Below, in pieces: positions 56,396-64,000 of a stretch of 64,000 bases of DNA. Within the stretch, counting starts at the first letter, position 1. Every line of letters begins with the position of its first letter. A program made the translations under genes and the position numbers. Where the stretch lies: IMG/VR virus record IMGVR_UViG_3300033182_000157, positions 16,036 through 80,035 of that record; one strand, written 5' to 3'. The notes beneath the pieces were generated by a model, which saw nothing but the letters and a program-made list of their open reading frames with translations, did no database searches and was not told the DNA's origin. Source of the DNA: a virus.

Positions 56396-57036
56396 AGTGG
56401 GATTATTTTTATAAATTTGACGAAGGTCACGACGGTGCTCCTGCGAATGTATTATACGAGCCATTTATTTCTGAAGATAAAACTTTATTCTTAATGCATT
56501 TTAATAACGACAACGATTATTTTGAGAATTTACATTACTCAGAAGAAATGGTAGATTTTTATTTTCGTAGAGAAGCAGGGTGGTTAGAAAAATTTGCTGA
56601 TTGTAATTTTACTCCTGAGATTGTTGACATTGATTATTATGAACGCAAGATTCTTTATAAATGGTATGATAAAAATTTAAACAGAGGATTGTTTGGAAAC
56701 GAATTTCAACTTCCAGATAATTGGCAACAACAAGTTAAAGATATTATTTCCAAGTTTGATGAACACGGTGTTTTTAAACTAAACTTATATCCGCATACGT
56801 TTTATTTTGATCAAGATGAAAATCTTCGTGTAAGCGATATGTATGCGTGTATTGATAAAACAGATTATATGATAGAAGATTATCTTATTAAACCTGTGCT
56901 AGATCCTACTGGCGGAATCAGTAGTGACAGGTTTACTATGTTTACCGATAACGGAATGGTAGATTTAAAGAAAGTATATGATTTAACTATGAGTATTAAC
57001 TATGGTGAATGGCCGGGAGATTTTTTAAATGGCTGA
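56392..57036 (+). CDS. Protein-kinase-like-fold protein with atypical catalytic loop
   Basis: FRREAGWL..TPEIVDID..ILYKWY..GVFKLNLYPHTF..LRVSDM. Start moved to ATG 56392 (ATGA overlap). Paralog of 61974..62660. Confidence 0.45.
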   Translation: MKWDYFYKFDEGHDGAPANVLYEPFISEDKTLFLMHFNNDNDYFENLHYSEEMVDFYFRREAGWLEKFADCNFTPEIVDIDYYERKILYKWYDKNLNRGLFGNEFQLPDNWQQQVKDIISKFDEHGVFKLNLYPHTFYFDQDENLRVSDMYACIDKTDYMIEDYLIKPVLDPTGGISSDRFTMFTDNGMVDLKKVYDLTMSINYGEWPGDFLNG

Positions 57037-57574
57037 GTTTATTGGTATATGCGATACAATCGATTGGAGTGCTTTATGTACCCAATTAGCAGAACAAGAA
57101 GCAGCATATATTGGACCACGACATGATGTAGGACACGATGTTCCGGGAGTTGAAGAAGTTGCCGGACAACTACGTGACGCTGGTTATCAGATGAAACATG
57201 AAGGCGGAAATGCTAGTTGGGATATGTACTTAGCAGGTGTAAACTTTGATGAAAGCATAGTACAGCAATTTATGGATTTTGTTGGAATGGACAGTTATAT
57301 TAATTGTTGGATAAGTCGTGTTAAACCTGGAGATGTTGCTCCATGGCATTGGGACATAACAGATGACGAAGCAACGTTAAACGCAGGTAAGCCTCTTGTT
57401 CGTTACCATTGCCATATAAGTCCACCTGAACCAGGACACGTTCTAATGGTTGAAGACCAATGTTTGTATATGCAAGAGCAAGGAGCAGTTTGGAAGTGGC
57501 CTGATCGTAAAAGTTGGCACGCCGGTGCTAACGCAGGATTAGTTCCAAAGTACCTGTTTAATATATGGGGTTAA
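57029..57574 (+). CDS. Fe(II)/2OG oxygenase or cupin (AspH-like)
   Basis: WISRVKPGDVAPWHWD...SWHAGANAGLVPKYLF. Confidence 0.7.
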   Translation: MAEFIGICDTIDWSALCTQLAEQEAAYIGPRHDVGHDVPGVEEVAGQLRDAGYQMKHEGGNASWDMYLAGVNFDESIVQQFMDFVGMDSYINCWISRVKPGDVAPWHWDITDDEATLNAGKPLVRYHCHISPPEPGHVLMVEDQCLYMQEQGAVWKWPDRKSWHAGANAGLVPKYLFNIWG

Positions 57575-57575
57575 T

Positions 57576-58136
57576 ATGAAAAAATATATAGGAAATTGTT
57601 CAGATGTTATTGATTGGAATGAAGTTCTAGAACAATTATATAACTCGCAACCCGAGAAACACGGATATAATAATCCATACGGTATAGATCACGATTACCA
57701 CGATATTGATCCTCTGCATCTAAAAGGTATTGAAACATATAAAGATAGACAAGAAGCGGTAGAATTTTTTACCTATGTAAACGGTAAAGAATATGATATG
57801 AGTGTCAATGATAAATTTGCAGAATGGTTAGGCTGTAAACCTTTCTTGTCGTGGATTAGTAGAATAGATCCTGGACGTTGTGTTCCGCCACATATTGATT
57901 ACGATGATGTTATTATGCTTGAAGAAGCAAATATATCAGAAGATAAATGGTTACGGTATCACTGCCATATTTCAGAACCTGAGATTGGTGCTGTTCTTAT
58001 GTTAGATGATGGTTCTAGTTACCATATGGAAGAACAAGGTTCGGTATTTCAATGGCCGGAAGTACGGAGTGTTCACAGTGGTGTAAATAGTGGCTGGAAA
58101 CCTAAATTCCTTTTTAACTTTATAGGTATTAAATGA
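57576..58136 (+). CDS. Fe(II)/2OG oxygenase or cupin (AspH-like), tandem paralog
   Basis: WISRIDPGRCVPPHID...SVHSGVNSGWKPKFLF. Confidence 0.7.
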   Translation: MKKYIGNCSDVIDWNEVLEQLYNSQPEKHGYNNPYGIDHDYHDIDPLHLKGIETYKDRQEAVEFFTYVNGKEYDMSVNDKFAEWLGCKPFLSWISRIDPGRCVPPHIDYDDVIMLEEANISEDKWLRYHCHISEPEIGAVLMLDDGSSYHMEEQGSVFQWPEVRSVHSGVNSGWKPKFLFNFIGIK

Positions 58137-59215
58137 GTTATTGTAATGCTCCTTGGCGCAGAATTTTTATAGATGCTAGTGGAAAGAAATATCCTTGCTG
58201 CCAGTTTGATCGTCGAGGCGAATACAATTTAGATGAAATAAAACAAAAAATGTTAAACAGAGAGCCAGTTAAGCAATGTGAACGATGCGATGTTCAATCG
58301 CAGTCTGGCGAAATATCATTGAGAGAACAATATAATAAACTTTATGGGTATCCATTAAGACCTACTATTCGTGATGTAGAAATAGGGGTTGACAACGTGT
58401 GTAATTTACAATGTCTAATTTGTTCTAGTAGGTCTAGTCATAAATGGTTTGATGTAGAGAATAAATTATTTGGCGATACTGTTAGTCCAACAAAGTATCA
58501 ACAGCACGAAGAATACAAAACTATTGATTGGAAAAATGTAAGAAGTTTACATTTATATGGGGGCGAGCCTTTTTATAGTCCTAATGTAGAAACAATGTTA
58601 GATTATATTTCTAATAAAATAGATTGGAAAAATTTTAAACTAAGTGGGTCTACTAATTGTACACGTATGCCTAAAGACTCTTTGTTAGAAAAAATAAAAT
58701 CGTGTAAAGAGTTTCGTTTTAATCTAAGTATAGATGGTTATGGAAAGATAAACGACTATTCTAGAAAAGGTAGTAATTGGAATGACGTATTAGAAAATAT
58801 GCGTAAATGGCATACATTAGCAGAAAAACATGACAATATTCTTATAGAAGTTTTCTCTACGGTATCAATCTATACGGCTAATATGTACGACAAGTTAGAA
58901 GAGTTTATAAGAGAAAACTTTCCACACTTTAAAATAGTGTTTCAGCATTTGCAAGTGCCTGAATGGCTGTGTATTTCAAATACACCTTTAGAATATAAAC
59001 AAATGGTTAAACAATATACAACTAATGAAACTATTTTAAAAGTTTTAGACGTAGAAGGTCCTGACTTATTCGATCAGTTTGTATATTTTACAAATAAAGT
59101 TAACCCTGACGGGCTAGAGGAAGCAAATCCTAATTTGTATAAGTTTATGAAAAATTATGAATTACACGATTGTAAGGATGCTATAGTACAAAAGATAAGA
59201 GAATACAAAGTATGA
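58133..59215 (+). CDS. Radical SAM enzyme with N-terminal twitch domain
   Basis: YCNAPW..YPCC..CERC; core CNLQCLIC and LYGGEP. Confidence 0.85.
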   Translation: MSYCNAPWRRIFIDASGKKYPCCQFDRRGEYNLDEIKQKMLNREPVKQCERCDVQSQSGEISLREQYNKLYGYPLRPTIRDVEIGVDNVCNLQCLICSSRSSHKWFDVENKLFGDTVSPTKYQQHEEYKTIDWKNVRSLHLYGGEPFYSPNVETMLDYISNKIDWKNFKLSGSTNCTRMPKDSLLEKIKSCKEFRFNLSIDGYGKINDYSRKGSNWNDVLENMRKWHTLAEKHDNILIEVFSTVSIYTANMYDKLEEFIRENFPHFKIVFQHLQVPEWLCISNTPLEYKQMVKQYTTNETILKVLDVEGPDLFDQFVYFTNKVNPDGLEEANPNLYKFMKNYELHDCKDAIVQKIREYKV

Positions 59216-59694
59216 AAATTTTAATGACAGGTCATACACAGGGATTAGGCAAAACACTATATGATTACTTTTCTAAAGAAAATGAAGTAGTTGGTATTAG
59301 TCGTTCTACTGGACACGATTTAAAAAATCAAAATACTATTGATTATATTATCAGTGAAGCAGAAAATTATGACATCTTTATTAATAATACATTCCAATTT
59401 GAAAAACAACTAGAACTTGTAAAAGCACTTCGTGGCAAAACTCGTATAGTAAGTTTTGGAAGTATTGCTAGTATCTTTTCACAAAACGTTGAATGGAACA
59501 TTTACGGCAAGTACAAAAAAGATTTAGAAGATTACCACAGACAACAAAGTAGCGGAGGAGCAAAAGATATATTATTGATTAATATCACAGAAGCAACCAT
59601 TGAAAAGTCTAGTGACGATATTATTAAACTAATGGAACTTTGGATTGAAAGTCCTGTTATTACTTTTGCGGAGTTTAGTAATGACATTATGTAA
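59212..59694 (+). CDS. Minimal short-chain dehydrogenase/reductase
   Basis: ILMTGHTQGLG, DIFINN, FGS, YGKYK (YxxxK); only 160 aa. Confidence 0.7.
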   Translation: MKILMTGHTQGLGKTLYDYFSKENEVVGISRSTGHDLKNQNTIDYIISEAENYDIFINNTFQFEKQLELVKALRGKTRIVSFGSIASIFSQNVEWNIYGKYKKDLEDYHRQQSSGGAKDILLINITEATIEKSSDDIIKLMELWIESPVITFAEFSNDIM

Positions 59695-60589
59695 AACTCC
59701 GGATAGTTATAGTGTTGAATATATCCAAAATAATGGAATAAAAGAAAACAGAATTATTCCGTTATTTGATTTAAAAATAGAGCAAGTAATACACGAAGTT
59801 ATATGTAATAAATTGGATATATTTGATGAAAGTTTGCCAATAGTAAACAAACAGTACACAGCAGATGTAATAGATCGCTTTATAAACACCTTTACAGAGC
59901 ACGTACAAGCGTCACAGCGCAACGATCTTTCTGGCTTTGAAGCATATAAGCGAGTTGATATTTGCGCAGGCTGTACGCAGTATATAGACGATTTATATAT
60001 GAAGCACAGCCAAATTCAAGTTCTAGAAAATGAGTATAATTACCATAAACTTTTAGGAACCAAAAGTGTAACAGTAGACACACTTCAACCAAACGTACCT
60101 CTTATTATAAGTTTACCATTTTGCCACGATGCGAGAGTACATCCGGATTTAGATACTATTTTAGAAATTGCTCTACAAAAGAATATTCCGGTCCACGTAG
60201 ATGCTGCTTGGATTGCTTGTGCTAAAGATATTAAATTTGATTTTAGCCATCCTGCTGTTCATAGTTTTGCTATCAGTATGAGCAAAGGATATGGGACTAG
60301 CGGATGGAATAGGATAGGACTACGTTGGACTAGAGAGTTTGCTATTGACAGTATTACACTGCTAACTGATTTTTATCAGCACACAGCATTTCCTATAGCA
60401 GTTGCTAATTACATGCTGGACCGTATCCCGCCTGATCATTTGTGGAACACGCATGAAGAAAATTATTATAAGGTGTGTAAAGACTTTGATCTAGAACCTA
60501 CACAAGCAATTCATGTAGCAACACAAGGTCCTAATTGTATCTACGGTGTAGCACCTTTATTGCGTTATTTGGAGTATAACAATGAATAA
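59681..60589 (+). CDS. PLP-dependent enzyme (fold type I), paralog of 48121..48954
   Basis: GCTQYIDDLY, PVHVDAAW, SFAISMSKG, GWNRIGLRW. Start moved to ATG 59681 behind GGAG. Confidence 0.65.
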   Translation: MTLCKTPDSYSVEYIQNNGIKENRIIPLFDLKIEQVIHEVICNKLDIFDESLPIVNKQYTADVIDRFINTFTEHVQASQRNDLSGFEAYKRVDICAGCTQYIDDLYMKHSQIQVLENEYNYHKLLGTKSVTVDTLQPNVPLIISLPFCHDARVHPDLDTILEIALQKNIPVHVDAAWIACAKDIKFDFSHPAVHSFAISMSKGYGTSGWNRIGLRWTREFAIDSITLLTDFYQHTAFPIAVANYMLDRIPPDHLWNTHEENYYKVCKDFDLEPTQAIHVATQGPNCIYGVAPLLRYLEYNNE

Positions 60590-61163
60590 TTTCCATAGAT
60601 ATCTTAACTTGCCATTTGAAATATCAAAGCCTGATATATTTTCTAACGTAACCAGAGATTGTGTGAAACACGAAATGCTTCCTTTAGATTTTCCCGAAGC
60701 ACAACCGTTATTTAAATTTTTAGATCAGTTTAATTTAATGTGCGATCATCTAGAATACTTCTATACTCCTCCAAAGGGAGGAAAGGTTCTCATACATACA
60801 GATAATGGGCGTTTTGATAATATGACAAAAATAAACATCAGTTGGGGGTCAGAGGATGCGGTAACACGATGGTGGGATTGTCCTAATTATAGACCTTTAG
60901 AATTTGAAGGAGATAGCGATACCTACGGAGAAACAGATTCTTATCACAATGTATATACAGCAGACGAAGACGATTCGACATTCTTATACGAAGCAAATAC
61001 AAATCGCCCTAGTTTATTAAATGTAGGTTTATTTCATTCAACATATAACCCATCAGATATAGGACGATATACTCTTTGTTTTATTTTATTTCACAAGGAT
61101 ACAGAAAAGAATGTACAGTGGGATGAAGCACTAGAAATTTTTAGTAACTATCTAAGTGACTAA
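60582..61163 (+). CDS. Fe(II)/2OG oxygenase or cupin-like protein
   Basis: FYTPPKGGKVLIHTD...FHSTYNPSDIGRYTL (HxD...H...R). Confidence 0.55.
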   Translation: MNNFHRYLNLPFEISKPDIFSNVTRDCVKHEMLPLDFPEAQPLFKFLDQFNLMCDHLEYFYTPPKGGKVLIHTDNGRFDNMTKINISWGSEDAVTRWWDCPNYRPLEFEGDSDTYGETDSYHNVYTADEDDSTFLYEANTNRPSLLNVGLFHSTYNPSDIGRYTLCFILFHKDTEKNVQWDEALEIFSNYLSD

Positions 61164-61947
61164 TACCTAATGTTTTACGAAACTCTTCTGTAAATTTACC
61201 GTCAATGCGTAAGGCGTAAGTTTGAGCCATAACACGATTGCCGCCGTGCCAATCTTGATCGTTCCACCACGCTGCTCTGGTATTTAGGCTGTACTTGTTT
61301 TTAGTTTTAGGATCCCATAAGTAAAACTGATTACGAGTATCAGGACGAATATGTATAAATTCATTACGGTGAGGATATGTTTTATTAATGCCGTTATTAG
61401 CATCTAAGTCCCTGTGCTCAAATGGAAGACCGTCGTGTTCGCAGTGAAAGAATATAACACGACCGATGTGTTCAAATATACCTTCTTCTTTTAGTTTAAG
61501 AACCCAATTAACTGTTTTAGGAAAATACTCTGCTTCTTCTGTAAGTTGTCTTTCTCCTGGGCGATCGTTCCAATCACCTTCTTCCCATAAGAAATAATAT
61601 ATGTAAGGATCGTAGGCACCCATTGCCATCTTAAGATAGCGTGTAAATAAGTTACGTTGTTTATAATCTTTAAAGTCAGTTGGCCACAATTTCATACCCT
61701 CTGCTTTAATAGGGTCGTCATCTGGAAGAGCCATAAAGTCATTCATTGCTTGATATATAGGAGTCCAATTAACTTTGTAACTCATATCATCAAATGTAAA
61801 ACCGGGTTTCATCCAAGTACCTTCTTTGGCAAATTCTCTCGCCAACGCAAACCCTTTATATATTTCTGGTTGTAATTTATCAAACGTACTCATATCCAAG
61901 TACGGTTCTAAGTCAAAGTATTTTTGTCCGCCAATTCCTTTTATCAT
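61141..61947 (-). CDS. Fe(II)/2OG oxygenase or cupin-like protein
   Basis: GRVIFF..GLPFEHRD...WWNDQDWHGG..YALRIDG. Confidence 0.55.
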   Translation of the reverse strand: MIKGIGGQKYFDLEPYLDMSTFDKLQPEIYKGFALAREFAKEGTWMKPGFTFDDMSYKVNWTPIYQAMNDFMALPDDDPIKAEGMKLWPTDFKDYKQRNLFTRYLKMAMGAYDPYIYYFLWEEGDWNDRPGERQLTEEAEYFPKTVNWVLKLKEEGIFEHIGRVIFFHCEHDGLPFEHRDLDANNGINKTYPHRNEFIHIRPDTRNQFYLWDPKTKNKYSLNTRAAWWNDQDWHGGNRVMAQTYALRIDGKFTEEFRKTLGISHLDSY

Positions 61948-61951
61948 AATA

Positions 61952-61969
61952 ATACTTATCGGTAAGTAT
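61952..61969. promoter_or_regulatory. Palindromic bidirectional late-promoter element
   Basis: ATACTTA-TCGG-TAAGTAT gives TAAGTA on each strand, each 5 nt from an ATG (61947 on -, 61974 on +). Confidence 0.6.
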
Positions 61970-61973
61970 ATGT

Positions 61974-62660
61974 ATGAATACAGATTTTGAATATTATTAC
62001 AACAATGTTCCTGGACACGGCAAGTGTAGAAATAATCTAATTTATACCAGCCTTGTTAATAAAGAGCAGACTAAGTTTGTTCAATGGTATTATAATGATA
62101 CTGGATATCATAAAGGACAGAACCAAGTTGTTGATCCGTATAAAATGAGAGAAAAGTGGGATAGAGAAATACATTATCTACATCTTATGGGCACACATTT
62201 TCCTCAGCACGTTCCTACTTATGATGTAGATATTTTAGAAAGAAAAATTTATCTAGATATACAAGGCCCTGATTTTTGGGAGATGGCAGGGTGCCTAACT
62301 GAAAATTACGATAAAATATTACCAGACTGGCAAGACCAAATGCTTGAAATAATCAAAGCACATAAAAGTTTAGGGCTACACAAATATAGTATGCATCCAA
62401 GTAGTTACTTTATAGTAGATGGAAAACTTAAAAGTATTAATTACTTTTTTACATACCAAGAAGATGAGCCATTTGTTAGCATAGCAGATGTTGAAAGCCA
62501 CATATACAGCACTCGTCAAGATGAAATGCGTAAGCACTTAGAAACACTAGGCATTGAATGGGATAAACCACAACCTTGGGAAGTAATGGATAAACTATGC
62601 TGGAATAGTTTTAGAACAAACTACCCGGAAGATTTTATAGAGAAAGCACTTAATGTATAA
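61974..62660 (+). CDS. Protein-kinase-like-fold protein with atypical catalytic loop
   Basis: WDREIHYL..HVPTYDVDILERKIYL..LPDWQDQM..GLHKYSMHPSSY..LKSINYF; paralog of 56392..57036. Confidence 0.45.
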   Translation: MNTDFEYYYNNVPGHGKCRNNLIYTSLVNKEQTKFVQWYYNDTGYHKGQNQVVDPYKMREKWDREIHYLHLMGTHFPQHVPTYDVDILERKIYLDIQGPDFWEMAGCLTENYDKILPDWQDQMLEIIKAHKSLGLHKYSMHPSSYFIVDGKLKSINYFFTYQEDEPFVSIADVESHIYSTRQDEMRKHLETLGIEWDKPQPWEVMDKLCWNSFRTNYPEDFIEKALNV

Positions 62661-63207
62661 GATAGTTCCCTTTTCAGATGATTTAAACTTAGAAGAATTT
62701 TATATCAAAGCAAAAGCAAAAGGTTATGAAAACAATTCAAGTCGCTTTTGGTTAAAAGACTGTTTTCGCAACGAAACAGAAAGCGAAACTTGGATTCTAT
62801 TTTATAACGATAAAGCGGTAGGAAGTGTGGCAGCACATTCGTTTCCGGAGATGGGAGAGAACGCATATCGCATTGCTGCTCGTACTTGTATACTAACAGA
62901 TGAAATAGATACTCCTACACTAAGAACACGTAATCAAATAATTACACACCAACACGCAACAGGGCAGTTTCTTATTCCTGCTTGTATAGAATGGGCAGGT
63001 AAAGAAAACAATCTGTATATAACATCTAATAAGTTAGAAGCAGGATCACAACGACTAGTACATACTGTTTATTTTCCCGCAATGGAAAAAAGCGGACAAG
63101 TAGAAAACCACGGTGAAATAGAATACCGTGGTGCTAATCAAACTGTTTGGAAATTAAACGTAGAGAGATTCTACGAAGAACTAAACAAATATCCTAGATG
63201 GAATTAA
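62653..63207 (+). CDS. GNAT-fold N-acyltransferase-like protein
   Basis: WILFYNDKAVGSVAAH, YRIAARTCIL, GQFLIPACIEWA, LYITSN pattern; 184 aa. Confidence 0.5.
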   Translation: MYKIVPFSDDLNLEEFYIKAKAKGYENNSSRFWLKDCFRNETESETWILFYNDKAVGSVAAHSFPEMGENAYRIAARTCILTDEIDTPTLRTRNQIITHQHATGQFLIPACIEWAGKENNLYITSNKLEAGSQRLVHTVYFPAMEKSGQVENHGEIEYRGANQTVWKLNVERFYEELNKYPRWN

Positions 63208-63428
63208 GTAAACGGTAATGCGTCAATTTTTGATCTAATTTCAGAATGTTTTGAATTACCAGTTGAAATCCACGTATTATCACCGTCTTTAATCCAAACA
63301 GCATAGTCTGAACTTACCCACGGCATTCCGTAAATATCTAAAAACTTTATAAGACCAACATCGTTTAGATTTAGTACAGAAACTATTTGGTCGTCTGATA
63401 ATTTCAATACGCCTGCGTTATAACTCAT
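63204..63428 (-). CDS. Hypothetical protein (74 aa)
   Basis: ATGA-coupled to the upstream minus-strand ORF; GGAG upstream. Confidence 0.55.
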   Translation of the reverse strand: MSYNAGVLKLSDDQIVSVLNLNDVGLIKFLDIYGMPWVSSDYAVWIKDGDNTWISTGNSKHSEIRSKIDALPFT

Positions 63429-64000
63429 GCTAAGTCTCCTAAGTTGTAAGTGAATACTGAAGAATCTAAATTTGAAACGTATGTTTGGAAAACATTTGGA
63501 TTATTGTGAGCATTAGGATTAAGACTTACTGATAAACGTTGTTTCAAATGTGCTAAGACAGTAATTAAATGCTGCGAATACTCATTTACGTCAATAGATT
63601 GACGATTAGTGTAATTTAATGGAGGAGCCCAAAACCACTCGTTATCAGCATTTCTAAAATATTTACTTAGACCGAATACAAATTCACCTTCATTACTAGG
63701 CCACACTTTCATGCCCGCAGGCTGTTCTGCTAAAACGTTTAATGTGTCTACTGTACTAACAGCATAACTATTAAGAATGTTAGTTAATGAAATTGTTTCG
63801 TTATTAAATGCTGCTGTAATTGATGGTGATGTATTAGCATACGGTTTGCTGAATACATTATAAATCCATGTCTGATAATCTATAGTAACTTCTTCGTGGG
63901 TTTCGCAAACAGCAACAGAAATATTAGATTGGCCCATTAGCGTTCTAAACTGATTATGTTGACTTGCTGAAGTCAAAAGCCATGTATTGTTTAGTGTGTA
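63425..64000 (-). CDS. Hypothetical protein, 5'-truncated by the window edge
   Basis: Frame stays open from TTG 63976 to position 64000 (YTLNNTWL-LTSASQ). Confidence 0.6.
   Translation of the reverse strand, partial: YTLNNTWLLTSASQHNQFRTLMGQSNISVAVCETHEEVTIDYQTWIYNVFSKPYANTSPSITAAFNNETISLTNILNSYAVSTVDTLNVLAEQPAGMKVWPSNEGEFVFGLSKYFRNADNEWFWAPPLNYTNRQSIDVNEYSQHLITVLAHLKQRLSVSLNPNAHNNPNVFQTYVSNLDSSVFTYNLGDLA

Noticed and set aside
36107-59681. ORF-track starts at 36107, 39633, 42236, 48094, 52341, 55721, 56362 and 59645
   Set aside because: These are upstream TTG/alternative starts. Nearby downstream ATGs fit RBS position, promoter spacing or stop-start coupling better.
48121-63207. Known thymidine-hypermodification pathway (ViI/M6 type) or aminoglycoside cluster
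   Set aside because: Enzyme classes overlap (PLP, radical SAM, GNAT, kinase fold), but I recognise no hallmark gene: no dUMP hydroxymethylase, 5-hmU DNA kinase, amino-acid:DNA transferase or DOI synthase.
1-64000. Stop-codon reassignment, introns or inteins
   Set aside because: Genes tile the window under the standard code without fragmentation, and I recognised no intein or homing-endonuclease motifs, including in the 4511-aa ORF.

Overview
AT-rich, gene-dense segment of a large tailed dsDNA phage genome (T4-superfamily-like myovirus, probably jumbo; standard genetic code). Positions 1-34.9 kb are a + strand virion module: gp53-, gp27-, gp5-, gp25- and gp6-like baseplate proteins, a 4511-aa baseplate/adsorption protein, three paralogous tail-fibre proteins sharing an N-terminal domain, and two small paralogous virion proteins. 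From 34.9 kb, behind a host sigma70-type promoter, lies a ~28-kb enzyme island that looks like a biosynthetic gene cluster. It has 9 radical SAM enzymes (one probably B12-binding), 6 Fe(II)/2OG or cupin-type hydroxylases, 4-5 glycosyltransferase-like genes, a UDP-glucose dehydrogenase, 2 PLP enzymes, a QueC-like PP-loop ATPase, a methyltransferase, an SDR, a GNAT and 2 atypical kinase-fold proteins. This island is the best candidate for an undescribed system (virion, host-surface or nucleotide hypermodification); its product cannot be determined from sequence alone. Intergenic spaces show T4-late-like TAAATA/TAAGTA boxes, several apparently leaderless starts, a repeated 12-bp element and an operator-like palindrome. 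I saw no rRNA, tRNA, CRISPR array or mobile element. All family calls are motif recognition by eye, not database searches.
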